Part shown: piece by piece, positions 48,766 to 63,339 of the stretch | Position numbering within the stretch: position 1 is the first letter of the stretch | Layout of the letters: every line of letters starts with the position of its first letter | DNA from: Mobula hypostoma | Taxonomy: Eukaryota | Length of the DNA stretch: 64,000 nucleotides | NCBI RefSeq assembly: GCF_963921235.1 | Contig: NC_086097.1 | Location: 96,102,001 to 96,166,000, forward strand | Reading direction: 5' to 3' | Made by a program: the position numbers and the translations under genes | The notes under the pieces: generated by a model | Databases searched by the model: none | Seen by the model: the letters and a program-made list of their open reading frames with translations, nothing else | Told to the model about the DNA's origin: nothing

Positions 48766-49703
48766 AGTATCTTCACTCCTGCAAGGCTTAGCTCTAATTT
48801 TTAGCATTTGCCTGTCCCCTCCTAACGCACCCAGCACAACTGCAATTTTCAAGACTCCAATCATTGGAGATATTATCTATATATCAAGTTCCTCTTGCTA
48901 CATATTAGAATTATATTAAAGCACCCCTTGACTTGATAAATTTCAGGAAATATAATGCGCATCCTGATACCATTGCCAACAACTTATTCTGCACAGTGTC
49001 CGAAGCCAAGGTACAGTGCTTAGAACTGCTCTCAATACTCCAACCATGTTTTACTTACAACTAAATAGTTGTTCCTGCACTCCAGATGTAAACGCCCATC
49101 CCAGTTCAAATAGCCTCTTTAATTTAGTGATTATTTTCATTGTTTGTTCATAGATGTCTGTCTTTTAAACCGTTACCAGTTCTAACTTTCTATTATATTG
49201 ATAATTTAGAAAAATGTGAAATTCTAATGGTTTGGCCTTCTGATCCACCAGGTTCTGATTCATGTGATCCCTTTATCACACCTAGAACCTGCTTCCAATG
49301 ATCCCTTTAACACAGCAATGCCCCTATTCCTACATTCCCCTGAAACTGACTGGCACCACCTTTCCCCCAAAGCTCTCAGAGCCACTAGTTCATCTGTTCC
49401 CTTCAAACCTACCAGTCTGATGAGCAGATTTATTATACTCCTGTGTATTATTTAGAATAAAGCGAAGTAGAAGTCTTCTGGGCAGGTCCCAGGCAGATTG
49501 GAAGAAGGCGAATATGACGCCACTGTTCAAAAAAGGATGTAGAGGAAAGACAGGTAACTATAGGCCAGTTAATTGGGAAAGTGCTTGAAGCTATCATTGA
49601 AGAAGAAATAGGCATCTGGAAAGAAATGGATTCATCAGGCAGGCGCAGCGTGGATTCAGCAAAGGCAAGAGCTGTTTGACAAACTTACTGGAGTTCTCTG
49701 AAG

Positions 49704-50858
49704 ATAGAAAATAGGTCTATAGAAAATAGGTGCAGGAGTAGGCCATTCGGCCCTTTGAGCCTGCACCGCCATTTATTATGATCATGGCTGATCATCCAAC
49801 TCAGAACCCCGCCCCAGCCTTCCCTCCATACCCCCTGACCCCCGTAGCCACAAGGGCCATATCTAACTCCCTCTTAAATATAGCCAATGAACTGGCCTCA
49901 ACTGTTTCCTGTGGCAGAGAATTGCACAGATTCACCACTCTCTGTGTGAAGAAGTTTTTCCTAATCTCGGTCCTAAAAGGCTTCCCCTCTATCCTCAAAC
50001 TGTAGCCCCTCGTTCTGGACTTCCCCAACATCGGGAACAATCTTCCCGCATCTAGCCTGTCCAATCCCTTTAGGATCTTATACGTTTCAATCAGATCCCC
50101 CCTCAATCTTCTAAATTCCAACGAGTACAAGCCCAGTTCATCCAGTCTTTCTTCAAATGAAAGTCCTGCCATCCCAGGAATCAATATTCTTTGTACTCCC
50201 TCTAAGGCAAGGATGTCTTTCCTCAGATTAGGGGACCAAAACTGCACACAATACTCCAGGTGTGGTCTCACCAAGGCCTTGTACAACTGCAGTAGTACCT
50301 CCCTGCTCCTGTACTCGAATCCTCTCGCTATAAATGCCAGCATACCATTTGCCTTTTTCACCGCCTGCTGTACCTGCATGCCCACTTTCAATGACTGGTG
50401 TATAATGACACCCAGGTCTCGTTGCACCTCCCCTTTTCCTAATCGGCCACCATTCAGATAATAATCTGTTTTCCTATTTTTGCCACCAAAGTGGATAACT
50501 TCACATTTATCCACATTAAATTGCATCTGCCATGAATTTGCCCACTCACCCAACCTATCCAAGTCACCCTGCATCCTCTTAGCATCCTCCTCACAGCTAA
50601 CACTGCCACCCAGCTTCGTATCATCCGCAAACTTGGAGATGCTGTATTTAATTCCCTCATCCAAGTCATTAATATATATTGTAAACAACTGGGGTCCCAG
50701 CACTGAGCCTTGCGGTACCCCACTAGTCACCGCCTGCCATTCTGAAAAGGTCCCGTTTATTCCCACTCTTTGCTTCCTGTCTGCTAACCAATTCTCCACC
50801 CACACCAATACCTTACCCCCAATACCGTGTGCTTTAAGTTTGCACACTAATCTCCTGT
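49704..50858 (-). mobile_element. Young 5'-truncated CR1 with open RT C-terminal half
   Basis: ORF 49801..50910 is open through GVPQGSVLGP, FADDTK and [13 protein letters not shown]. Confidence 0.95.
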
Positions 50859-51165
50859 GTGGATAGAGGGGAACAGATGGGTGGTACAGTATTGGATTTC
50901 CATAAGGCATTTGATGAGGTGCTGCTTAAAATATTTATCCATAAGATAAGGATACATAGAGTTGGGGGTGATGTATTAGCATGGATGAAGGATTTGTTAA
51001 CTAACAGAAAGCAGAGAGTTGGGATACCTGGGTGTTTCTCTGGTTGACAGTCAGTGGTGAGTGGTGTGCTGCAGGGGCGGTGCTGGGGCTGCAACTGTTC
51101 ACAATATGCATTAACAATCTAGAAGAGGGGACAGTGTCTAGTGTACCTAAGTTTGCTGAAGATAC

Positions 51166-52018
51166 TGTTACGAGAATACACATAAAATTAAGATGTTTGC
51201 TGGCCTGGGCTAGCATCAGTGGCATCAGCAGTTGGTCTGCCACCTGCCCTCAGGGGAAGGAGAGATAAGGAACAATGGAGCAGCGTCTGGAGATGTGTAA
51301 TGGAGGGACGTGGGAGAGGGAGCTGTCTGGAGCGGCTCCCCCTTTGAACCCTGAACTGTTTGAAGTGATGGACAGGCGATACCCCAGCAGGGGGATAAAA
51401 AGGGACAGGTTCGCTAAGACAGACACACACGCCACCCGAGGTAATGAGACCCTGGAAGCGGTGCGCCTCTCACGAGTGGTGAGAAGTACCGGACAACGCA
51501 CAGGGTGGAAAGGTACGATCAGCGGGAACCCGGTGTGTGTCCGCCCTTGCCTGGGTGCCGGGTTCCCTGCAGAGGATCGACCGCATCTGGAGGAGGGGTC
51601 ACAGTCGGTGACCTCAGGTGACATCACCAAGGACCCGCCCAAAAGTTGCTCGTGAGCAATCTCGCTGGTCTGTGAGTGAAGCTGTGCTGAATGATGAGTT
51701 GTTCTCTCTGTCTCTCTTCCCCCACCTTGTCCATCGCCATGGCAATGATTACTGCGAACTGAACTACAAACTGGACTGAACTTTGAGTTATTTTGAAATT
51801 GGTCATTTACCCCTAGACAACGATAGAGCTTGATTGATGCTGTTATCTTAATGCTGTGCCCATGTGTGTTTATCATCACTGAACTGTTGCATTTATTATC
51901 CTTTCGATTACTGTGTTGCTTGTTTCTTTAATAAAACTTTCTTAGTTCTAGTACTCCAGACTCCAACTGAGTGATCCATTTCTGCTGGTTTGGCAACCCA
52001 GTTACGGGGTACGTAACA
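51166..52018 (+). mobile_element. Solo LTR (853 bp), Gypsy- or ERV-like
   Basis: TGTTACG...CGTAACA termini; 4-bp TSD atac (51162-51165 and 52019-52022); AATAAA at 51930. Confidence 0.93.
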
Positions 52019-52691
52019 ATACGAAATTGAGTGGAAACACAAATTGCGCAGAAGATACGGAGAGTCTGCAGAGTGATTTAGATAGGTTAAGTGAGTGGGC
52101 AAGGGTCTGGCAGATGGAGTACAATGTTGGTAAATGCGAGGTCATCCACTTTGGAAGGAAAAATAAAAGAGCAGATTATTATTTAAATAGTAAAAAAAAA
52201 TTGCAGCACACTGCTGTGCAGAGGGACTTGGGAGCACTTGTGCATGAATCACAAAAGGTTGGCTTTCAGGTGCAGCAGGCTATCAAGAAGGCAAATGGAC
52301 TATTGGGAGGGATTGAAATTTAAGAGTAGGGAGGTTATGCTGCAACTGTACAGGGTACTGGTGAGGCCACACCTGGAGTACTGTGTGCAGTTCTGGTCTC
52401 CTTACTTGAGGAAGGATATACTGTACTGGCTTTGGAGGCGTTGCAGAGGAGGTTCACCAGATTGATTCTAGGTTGGACTACGAGGAGAGATTGAGTTGCC
52501 TGGGACAGTACTCACTAGAATTCAGAAGAATGAGAGGAGATCTTATAGAAACAGAAAATTATGAAAGGGATAGATTGGATAGAGGCAGGAAAGTTGTTTC
52601 CACTAGTAGGTGAGACTAGAACTAGGAGACATAGCCTCAAGATTTTGGGGAATAGATTTAGGATGGAGATGAGGAACCACTTTTCCCAGAG

Positions 52692-52885
52692 TACCTACCA
52701 GTCTTCTCCTTCCCACCCTCGCCCCCACCTTCTTTATAGGGCCCCTGCGCCCCCCTTCAGTCCTGATGAAGGGTCTCAGCCCGAAACATTGACTGTTCAT
52801 TTCCATGGATGCTGCCTGACCTGCTGAGTTCCTTTAGCGTTTTGTGTGTGTTGCTTTGACCCCAGCATCTGCAGAATATTTTGTG
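52692..52885 (+). mobile_element. Penelope pLTR fragment with 11-bp TSD; hammerhead cleavage triplet decayed
   Basis: ttttcccagag at 52681-52691 and 52886-52896; cagtc-CTGATGA-aggg-tctcag-ccc-GAAA-cATT-gactg. Confidence 0.88.
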
Positions 52886-53179
52886 TTTTCCCAGAGAGTT
52901 GTGAATCTGTGGAATTCTGTGCCCAATGAAGCAGTGGAGGCTACCCCAGTAAATATATTTAAGACAAGGTTGGATAGATTGTTGCATAGTAGGGGAATTA
53001 AGGATTATGGGGAAAAGGAGGTGGGTGGAGATGAGTCCATGGCAAGATCAACCATGATCTTATTGAATGGCAGAGCAGGCTCAACGGGCCAGATGGCCTA
53101 CTCCTGCTCCAATTTCTTATGTTCTTGTGAAGAATACACATTGCAAGTTTATAGATTGTCCATGATGAATCCACTCATA

Positions 53180-56100
53180 CTTAGAAACATAGGTTTTCTA
53201 TACAGGCTCTTCGGCCCACAATGCTGTGCCGAACATGTACTTACTTCAGAAATTACCTAGGGTTACCCATAGCCCTCTATTTTTCTAAGTTCCATGTACA
53301 TATCCAGAAGTGTTTTAACAGACCATATCATATCCGCCAACCCATTTCACACACTCACTACTCACTGCGCAAGAAAAACTGATCCCTGACATCACCTCTG
53401 TACCTACTTCCAAAAACCTTAAAACTGTGCCCTCTCATATTAGTCATTTCAGTCCTGGGAAAAAGCCTCTGACTATCCACGCAATCAACGCCTCTCATCT
53501 TATACATCTCTGCCATCATATTTGACCTACCAAAATGAATCACCTCACACTTATCTGGGTTGAACTCCATCTGCCACTTCTCAGCCCAGTTTTGCATCCT
53601 ATTGATGTCCCACTGTGACCTCTGACAGCCCTCCACACTAACCACAACACACCCATCCTCTGGATCATCAGCAAATTTACTAACCCATCCCTCCACTTCC
53701 TCATCCAGGTCAATTATAAAAATCACGGAGAGTAGGAGTCCAGGAACAGATCCACTGGTCATTGACCTCCATGCAGAATATGACCCATCTACAACCACTC
53801 TTTGCCTTCTGTGGGCAAGCCAGTTCTGGATCTACAAAGCAATGTCCCCTTGGATCCCATGCCGCCTTGCATAGGGTACCTTCTCAAATGCCTTGCTGAA
53901 ATCCATATACACTACCTTCATCAATGTGTTTAGTCATATCCTCAAAGAATTCAACCAGGCTCATAAAGCACGACCTACCTTTGACAAAACTATGCTAACT
54001 ATTCCTAATCATATTATGCCTCTCCAAATGTTCATAAATACTGCCTCTCAGGATCATCTTCATCAGCTTACCAACCACTGAAGTGAGACTCACTGGTCTA
54101 TAATTTCCTGGGGTATCTCTACTCCCTTTCTTGAATTAGGGAACAACATCTGCAACCCTTCAATCCTCTGGAACCTCTCCCACCCCCATTGATGGTGCAA
54201 ATATCATTGCCAGAGACTCAGCAATCTCCTCCCTCGCCTCCCATGGTAGCCTGGGGTACATCTCATTCGGTCCCGGCGACTTATCTAACTTAACACCTTT
54301 CAAAAACTCCAGCACATTCTCTTTCTTAATGTCTATATGCTCAAGCTTTTCAGTCCACTGTAGGTCATCCCTATAATCGCCAAGATCCTTTTCTGTAGTG
54401 AATACTGAAGCAAAGTACTCATTAAGTACCTCTGCTATCTCCTCTGGTTCCATACACACTTTTCCACTGTCACACTTGATAGGTCCTATTCTCTCATGTC
54501 TTACCCTCTTGCTCTTCATGTACTTGTAGAATACCTCCATGTTTTCCTTAATCCTGCCCGTCAAGGCCTTCTCGTGGCCCCTTCTGGCTCTCCTAATTTC
54601 ATTCTTAAACTCCTTCATGCTAGCCTTATAATCTTCTAGATCTCTAACACTACCTAGTTTTTTGAACCTTTCATAGTTTTTCTTTTCTTCTTGACTAGAT
54701 TTTCAACACCCTTTGTACACCATGGTTCATGTACCCTACCATCCTTTCCCTGTTTCATTGGAACATACCTATGCAGAACGCAACACAAATATCCCCTAAA
54801 CATTTGCCACATTTCCCTGAGAACATCTGTTCCCAATTTATGCTTCCAAGTTCCTGCCTGACAGCTTCATATTTTCCCCATACTCCAATTAACCACTTTC
54901 CTACCTTGTCTGTTCCTATCCCTTTCCAATGCTATGGTAAAGGAGATAAGATTGTGATCACTATCTCCAAAAAGCTCACCCACTGAGAGATCTGACACCT
55001 GACCAGGCTCATTTCCCAATACCAGATCAAGTACAGCCTCTCCTCTTGTAGGCTTATCTACATATTGTTTCAGGATACCTTCCTGAACACGCCTAACTAA
55101 CTCCACCCTATCTGGGGAGATGCCAATCAATATTTGGGAAATTAAAATTTCCCACCACGCCAACCCTGTTGTTATTACTCCTTTCCAAAATCTGTCTCCT
55201 TATCTGCTCCTCAATGTCCCTGTTACTATTGGGTGGTCTATAAAAAACACCCAGTAGAGTTATTGACCACTTCCTGATCCTAACTTCCACCCACAGAGAC
55301 TCCGTAGACAGTCCCACCATGACTTCCTCCTTTTCTGCAGCCATGACACCATCTCTAATCAGCAGTCTCACGCCCCCACCTCTTTTGCCTCCCTCCCTGT
55401 CCTTCCTGAAACATCTAAAGCCTGGCACTCTAAGTAACCATTCCTACCCCTGAGCCATCCAAGTCTCTGTAATGGCCACAACATCATAGCTCCAAGTACT
55501 GATCCACGCTCTAAGCTCATCCACTTTGTTCATTTTACTGCTTGCATTAAAATAGACACATCTCCAACCATCAGTCTGAGCACATCCCTTCTCTATCACC
55601 TGCTTATCCTCCCCCTTGCACTGTCTCCAAGCTTTCTCTATTTGTGAGCCAACCGCCTCTTCCCCAGTCTCTCAGTTCTGTTCTGACCCCCCAGCAATTC
55701 TAGTTTAAACTCTCCCCAATAGCCTTAGCAAATCTCCCCGCCAGGATATTGGTCCCCCTGGGATTCAAGTGCAACCCATCCTTTTTGTACTGGTCACTCC
55801 TGCCCCAAAAGAGGTCCCAATGATCCAGGAAACTGAATGCCTGCCCTCTGCTCCAATCCCTCAGCCACACATTTATCTTTCACCTCACTCTATTCCTGTA
55901 CTCACTGTCACGTGGCACAGGCAGTAATCCTGAGATTACTACCTTTGAGGTCCTGCTTCTCAGCTTCCTTCCTAGCTCCCTGCAGTCTGTTTTCAGTACC
56001 TCCTCCCTTTTCCTACCTATGTCGTTGGTACCAATATGTACCATGACCTTCCTATTTCAGGATATCGTGGATGCAATCAGAAATATCCCGGACCCTGGCA

Positions 56101-56740
56101 CCTGGGAGGCAAACTTCCCTGCGTCCACAGAATTGCCTGTCTAACCCCCTAACTATGGAGTCCCCTATCACTGCTGCCATCCTCTTCCTTTCCCTACCCT
56201 TCTGAGCCACAGGGCTAGACTCTGTGCCAGAGGTGCAGCCACTGTTGCTTCCCTCAACAGTACTCAAACAGGAGTACTTGTTGTTAAGGGGGACAGCCAT
56301 TGAGGTACTGTCTAATAGCTGACTCCTGACCTTCCCTTTCCTGACTGTTACCCACTTATCTGTCTCTGGAGGTCCCAGTGTGACTACTTGCTGATAGCCT
56401 CTCTCTATCACCTCCTCACTTCCCTTGACCAGACGAAGGTCATTGAGCTACAGCTCCAGTTCCCTAACCTGGTCCCTAAGGAGCTACAGCTCGACGCACC
56501 TGGTGCATATGTGGTCCCCTGGACATCCCACATCTGACACCCAGTACAGAACACCGGCCTCGTAGATATACTTTCTGTTTCTATTCCTCACAGGTAACTT
56601 ACCTTACCTTGCCTCGACCCATTATCGCCGAAGCCCAAATGAGCCAAAGACATCCTACTTTGTCTCCCCCACTCTCTCACCCGCTCTATAAAACTCCTTC
56701 CTTTTACTCTTTCCCACCGGTCTAACTCGCTGATGTCCAC
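53180..56740 (-). mobile_element. Near full-length decayed CR1 with internal deletions
   Basis: ORF1 remnant VIGDSIVRG..LPGARV; endonuclease FYRPPNS; LDKSPGP; FADD; 3' UTR near 53180. Confidence 0.93.
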
Positions 56741-56849
56741 GTGCTTGCGCAATCATGCTTCAATCAAACCTAAAGTCCAATTGGTGCACGTGCTGGAATC
56801 TCAAAAAGTTGAATGGGATAAAGGAGCCTGGTGAATTTTGGATAAAATC

Positions 56850-57720
56850 AGTTAGTTGTTTGACATTGCTGGGCTGGAGATTAAGCACAATGTGAAACCT
56901 ATCTTTGCTCCAAATGGGAGGAGAGGGTGTGGGAGCAGAAGTGTATGAATAGAGGAAATGTAGTTGAGAGCATTCTTGGCTATTGCAGAGGGGAAGCTTG
57001 TTTAAGAAAAAAGGAATATATCTCACAAGAGCATACATAAAAATGGTTATCATCGGAACAAATATAACAATTACACTGGGAGTATGGAATGTAGTCCATC
57101 CAGAGAGAAGGCTTGGACGTGGAATAGTCAAAATAGTTAAGGGGATCTTGTAATGGAAACTGATAGTTTTCCCCTTGAAATTGGAGTTTGGGTAGGGTGT
57201 TGGGATCTAGGAGTAGAAAGATTGGATGTTTGTGGTGAAGATAAATTGAGTAGGACGAAGAAACATTCAGGTGGAGCAGGATTCATGGATTTGAATAGGA
57301 AGAGGTGGATAGAGAGAGAACAGAGCAAGAGGAGAGATATAAATTCTCTGGGACAATGAACTAGCTGAAATAATGTCAGCCCTACTTGCAGATCCTCAGG
57401 AGAATGTCAACAATCAGCTGTTTGTGGTTTGGGGATACAAGACTGAAGACTGTGAAGGGAAGATCTTCTAAGGAAGCAAGGTCAGAGATTGGGACTGAAT
57501 GGCCCGGTTTTCAGTGGGCCAGAGGGAGACAGGAGGAGATGTAAGAGAGCTGACTCTCTATTCCTGTATAAGCTACTTTAACGAACCTCAGCATCTCTGC
57601 CTTTGTCAGCAGGTTGGGTGAAAATGTAGGCGTGGGTCATTCCAGCATTGTTACCAACCTGCAAGTTCAGGGGAGAGTAGCTTATAGGGAGAAAGGACAG
57701 TGGAAAAATGGAGTTGGTCA
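56850..57720 (-). mobile_element. Very old Penelope-like RT remnant
   Basis: Minus strand gives NYFDYSTS..IPYSQ..ICSDD..FPSAIAKNALNYISSI..SKDRF.IVL, matching the PLE segment at 63708-64000. Confidence 0.6.
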
Positions 57721-58474
57721 ATGTCACATCAGCCTTAAGCAAGGAATAGATCTAGATTAAAATCTGAACATACAGTATGTCTTGCTCTGAATTCATGAAC
57801 ATGGGAACATAAAAGGACAAAGCAGAGACTTTAACTGAGAACTAGTCATGGGAAGCTAAGTTGGGTGAGCCAGGAGAATCATGGGTCATAAATTGATATT
57901 CAAAGTAAACAGCCAATTCCTCTCACATCCTTTACTCCCACTCCAAAAACACTTTGCTTTCCTCCCTCTTATTTTTGCAGACAGCTGTTTCGTGTGATCT
58001 TAATGGAGATGAAGTGGAATATTTGGAAAGTGTCATGTTTCCAAAACAGTTAAGTGATTTACTGACCCAAAAATCCAGCAGCTTGTTCTTGCATCCAGTT
58101 AACAATGGAATCCACCCCCATTGCTAGTGCTGTCCTGATCACCCTCCCTCATTTTGCTGTCCTACAGACCTATCTGCTTTCCAAATTGTGGTTCATGCAA
58201 ATATAACTAACTGGTCGGTTTTATTGCATTCACCAAAATCAGAATTCGTAGGCCTGCCAACATTCTCTCTATGAATGTAATTTCCCTGTAGTTATATTGC
58301 ACCTGGTGACAGTAGCTCCACTTAAGTAGTCATGCTTAATTCATTCTTACAGCGGCGTTTAATGAAACAGTATTACATCTGCTGACAGGACAATAACATA
58401 ACACAGTCCCCTTACTCTTGACACTGCTCTCCCATCCTCAGGTAGAATCATGGAGTACTGTGGCACAGAATCAG

Positions 58475-60018
58475 GGTAAAAGTGGCGAGAGTGGATATCG
58501 GACTGCTTGGAAATGGCACTGGAGAGGTAGTAATGGGGGACAAAGAAATGGTGGATGAACTTTAGTACTTTGCTTCAATCTTCACTGTGGAAGACACCAG
58601 CTGTATGCCAGAAACTCGAGAGTATCAGGGGACAGAAGTGAATGTAGTTGTTATTACAAAGGAGAAGGTACTTGGGAAGCTGGAAGACCTGAAGGTAGAA
58701 AAAAATCACCTGGACTCGATGGACTACACAGGGTTCTGAAAGAGGTAGCTGAAGAGATTGTGAAGGCATTAATGGTGATTTTTTAAGAATCACTAGATTC
58801 TGGAATGGTTCCAGAGGACTAGAAAATTGCAAATGTCACTTATGAAGGGAAGGAGGCAAAAGACAGTCAGCCTGACTTCTGTGGTTGGCAAGATGTTGGA
58901 GTCCATTGTTAAATATAAGATTTTTAATAGTTAATCTTAAGGTACATGATTAAATAGGATAACATCAGGATGCAGAAATCTTGCCTGAGGAACCTGTTGG
59001 AATTCTTTGAGGAAATAACAGACAGGAGAATCAGTAGATGCCATAAGAGTCCATGATATTACAGGAGAGTTACTAGCATGGATAGAAGATTGGCTGACTG
59101 TCAGGAGGCATAGAGTGGGAATAAAGGGGGCCATGTTTGGTTAGCTGCTGGTGACGTGTGGTGTTCTGCAGAGGTGAGTGTTGGGACCACTTCTGTTCAC
59201 ATTTTATGTCAATGATCGATGATGGAATTGATGGTTTTGTGATCAAGTTAGCAGGTAATATAAAGATTGATGGAGGGGCAGGTAGTATTGAGGAAGCAGG
59301 GGGTCTTCAGAAGGACTTAGATAGATTAGAAGAATGGGCAAAGAAGTGGCTGATGGAATACAGTGTAGGGAAGAGTACGGTCATACACTTTGGTAGAAGG
59401 ACTAAGGGTATAAGACAATAAGATTGAGTCAGTGATAAGGAAGGCAAATGCAATGCTAGCATTCGTTTTGAGAAAACTAGAGTATAAGAGCAAGGATATG
59501 ATGCTGAGGTTTTTTAAGGCATTGGTCAGACTGCACTTGGAGTGCTGTGAGCAGTTTTAGTCCCTTTTTTTGAGAAAGGATGTGCTGACATTGGAGAGGG
59601 TGCCGAGGAGGCTCACAAGAATGTAACGTTGAGGAGTGTTGGATGGCTCTGGGCCTGTACTCACTGGAGTTTAGAAACCTGTTGAATACTGAAAGGCCCA
59701 GATAGAGTGGATGTTTTCTACTGGGTGGGAGTCTAGGACCAGAGGCCATACCCTCAGAATACAAAGAAGATGCTTTAGAACAGAGATGAGGAGGAATTTT
59801 TTAGCCAGAGGGTGGTGAATATGTGGAGTTCATTGTCTCATTGAATTCATTGGTCGGGTATATTTAAAGTGATGCTTGATGGGTTCTTGACTATTGAAAA
59901 CATTAAAGGTTACGGGAGAAGGCAGGAAAATGGAGTGGAGAGGCATTATAAATTAGCCATGATGAGCAGACTCGATGGGCTGATTGGCCTAATTCTGCTC
60001 CTGTGTCTTATGGTCTTG
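58475..60018 (+). mobile_element. Decayed CR1, followed by a minus-strand CR1 fragment (about 60020-60500)
   Basis: Colinear with 47070-48765, with many deletions. Confidence 0.85.
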
Positions 60019-61689
60019 TACCCCACATGATTTTATATACTTCTATCACATATCCCTTCATTCTCCTACACTCCATGGAAAATAGTTCTAACTTATTCAA
60101 CCTTTCCTTGTAAGTCAGGTCCTCAATTTCTGGCAATGTTCTTGTAAATTTTCTCTGCACTCTTTCAACCTTATTGATATCTCATTTTGTAGGTAGGTGA
60201 CAGGAACTGTAGACATTACTCCAAATTTGGACTCACCAAAGTTTTATACAACGTCTACATAACATCCCAATTCCTGTACTCAATACTCTGGTTTATGAAA
60301 GCCAATGTGCAAAATGGGCTAGAAAAAGCTCTTCTAGGCTCTTTCTGACCCTAGCTACCTGTGGCATATTTACGAGGAATTATGGATCTGTATTCCCCGA
60401 TCCCTCTGTTCTACCACACTCCTCAGTGCTCTGCCATTCACTGTGTAAATCCTACACTGGTTTGTCCTCCCAAAGTGCAATACCTCTGCCATTTTCCAGC
60501 CCATTTTATATGTGTGTGTATGTGTGTAGGAGAGAGGGAAACCATCACTGCAGGTTTAGATCCAAGCAGCTTCAATTGCTTTGCTTTCATTATAAGGTCA
60601 GAAAGATGGTAGTTTGCTGATGATTACCTGATGTTCAGTTCCATTTACAGCTCCTCAGCATGACCCAAGTTAACTTTCAGATCCAGGCTAATAAGTGGCA
60701 AGTGATGTTTATGACAGGATCATTCACGAATACTCAGTGCATAGTCAACATTCTTACATCTCAACATGATGTCTTCCATAGAACATTCAGTTTGTCACAA
60801 CCTTGGGATGTTCCAAAGAAATTCATAGCCAAAGACGTTCAGTCATTGTAATGCAGGGAAGAAGTAGAGCCAGGTGATCAGACTTTCCACTGTGTGGGCA
60901 TAGGATGGCATGGTAAGCATACTTGATGGTGGTGTAACAGCTCCTCTGGTTCCACAGGTGATAATTATTTGCTGATAATTATTTAGAGATTTTTAAAATC
61001 CCTCAAAATGATGGTGAAGGTATCAGAGTGTGCTATTTTATGCCTATTGATTATGTTGCTCTGGAGCCCGTCCTAACTTAGGCCTGAGGTGGAATGTACA
61101 CTGCTACCAAGATGATGACTGAAAATTTCCACAGCAGAAAAGGTGGACAACACTTGCTCACTAGATGTTCCAGGTTGGGTGAGCAGGGCTGGGATAGAAC
61201 TGATACATTTGTGCACTGCAAGGAGTTAATGGTAAAGCATACTCCACCTCCTACCTTGGTGGTGAATCATGAAGCCAGTGAATTGTATCACTGCATCTGG
61301 AATGGTGAGGGATAGCCAAGTCTTTGTAAAACAAAAACACAACAGTCCCTGATGTCCCTGTGGTACAGCAATCTTTCTCTGAGGACTATACGTCTGTCAG
61401 CAGAATAGACAGTAGTGGAAGTTGGAATCCTCTTCACCTTAAACAAACTTTTAATCCAGCACCACACCCTCACTTTCTTTTGTCTCAAAGGGGAACTGCA
61501 CTTGAGACCAGAGACTGCCATCCAAGACTCGTCAACTTTGAGCAGCGATATATTTTTTTAAAAGCCCTAAAACGATGTTGCTTACATTGCTGTAGCTGTG
61601 GATTTCAGTCTAAAATGGGGATATTAGATGATTTCCAACAGAGCTGCTCACACAAGTCTCCTTCTTAAAGGTACTACCAGAAGAAAACC

Positions 61690-63268
61690 AAGACTGGTGA
61701 TCCAGAGCGATACAAAAAGACCAGGTATCACCCAGGGAAGGCTATCTTGAGCAAGAGAACAATTCCAACCTAGCTTAGAGGCAGAATTGATGCATGTCAA
61801 CCCTGGCAGGGTTTGCAGGCCATTACTTCCTACAAAGTGAAACCTAGTATCATGACTGGTAGTGATGCTTCACTCCCAGATGATCTCAACGCCTTTTATT
61901 CATGCTTTGAAAGGGAGAATAAAACTACAGTTATGAGGATCCCTGCAGGATCCAGTGACCCAGTGATCTCTATCTTGGAGGCTGACATCAGAATGTCTTT
62001 CATGAAGGTGAACCCTTGCAAGGTGACAAGCCTCAATGGTCCACCTGGTAAGGCTCTGTAAACCTGTGCCAACCAACTGGCAGGTGTGTTCAAAGACATT
62101 TTCAGTTTCTCATTGCTAGGGTTGGAAGTTCCCACCTGCTTCAAAAGGGCAACAATTATATCAGTGCCCAAGAAGAGTAGGGTGATTTTCTTTAATGACT
62201 GTCATCCAGTAGCACTGACACCTACAGTGATGGACTGCTTTGAGAGGTTGGTTATGGCTAGAATCAAAACCTGCCTCAGGAAGAACCTGGACCATTACAA
62301 TTTGCCTATCACCACAATGGGTTTACAGCGGATGCATTTTTCATTGGCTCTTCACGTGGCCTTGGATCACCTGGACAGTACTAATTCTTATGTCAGGCTG
62401 CTGCTTATTGAATACAGCTCAGCGTTGAACACAATCATTCCTACAGTTCTGTTCAAAATACTCAAAAACATGGGTCGATCGGAAATAACTTTTCCACCTT
62501 GCTGATAATCAACACTGGCGCACCTCTGCAATATGTGCTTAGCCCACTACTTTACTCTCTCTACACCCGTGACTGTGTGGCCAAGCACAGCTCAAATGCC
62601 ATCTATAAATTTGCTGATGATACAGCTATTGGCAGAATTTCAGATGGTGACGAGTAGACATGCAGGAGCTAGATAGATCAGCTGGTTGAGTGGTGTCATA
62701 ACAATAACCTTGCACTCGTCATCAGTAAGGCCAGGGAATTGATTGTGTACATCTGAAAGGGTAAGACAAGGGAGCAGAAGGGATCAGGAGTGGAGAGAGT
62801 GAGCAATTTCAGGTTCCTGGGTGTCAACATCTCTGAGGATCAATCCTGGACCCAACATATTGTTGCAGTTACAAAGAACAGTGGCTCTATTTCATTAGGT
62901 GTTTGAGGAGATTTGGTATGTCACCAAAGGCACTCGCAAATGTCTACAGATATACTGTTGAGAGTGTACTAACTGGCTGCATCACCATCTGGTATGGTGA
63001 GGGTGGCGGGGCAGGAAGTTTTAAACTTAGTCAACCCCATCATGGGCACTAGCCTCCCAGCATCCAGGATCTCTTCAAGGAGCAATGCCTGAAAAAGGTG
63101 ACATTAATCGTTAAAGACCCTTATTGCCCAGGACATGCTCTCTTCTCATTACTACCATATATTACTTGCTATAATTTACAGTTTTTATTATAGATTTCAG
63201 TGTAGTGCTCCACATAACAGCAAATTTCACGACACATGCTAGTGATATTAAACCTGATTGTGATTCTG
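61690..63268 (+). mobile_element. Rex1/Babar-type LINE, RT and 3' end, decayed
   Basis: LPDDLNAFY, VPTCFKRATIISVPKK, PVALT..MDCFERLV, YVRLL.IEYSSA.NTIIP and KFADDT; tail attaaacctgattgtgattctga. Confidence 0.9.
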
Positions 63269-63339
63269 AGAAATGCAAGCTAAAGCTTGGCCAGTTCAAG
63301 AATGCCAAAAGCAGAGACAACCAAGTGACTATATAACAT

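Larger units (their letters stand above)
49470..53125 (+). mobile_element. CR1 RT/3' region split by three later insertions
   Basis: Pieces 49470-49703, 50859-51165, 52023-52691 and 52897-53125 are colinear with CR1 ORF2. Confidence 0.88.

Noticed and set aside
51250..51879. 209-aa and 126-aa ORFs within the LTR
   Set aside because: Chance ORFs in GC-rich LTR sequence, with no gag, pol or env motifs.
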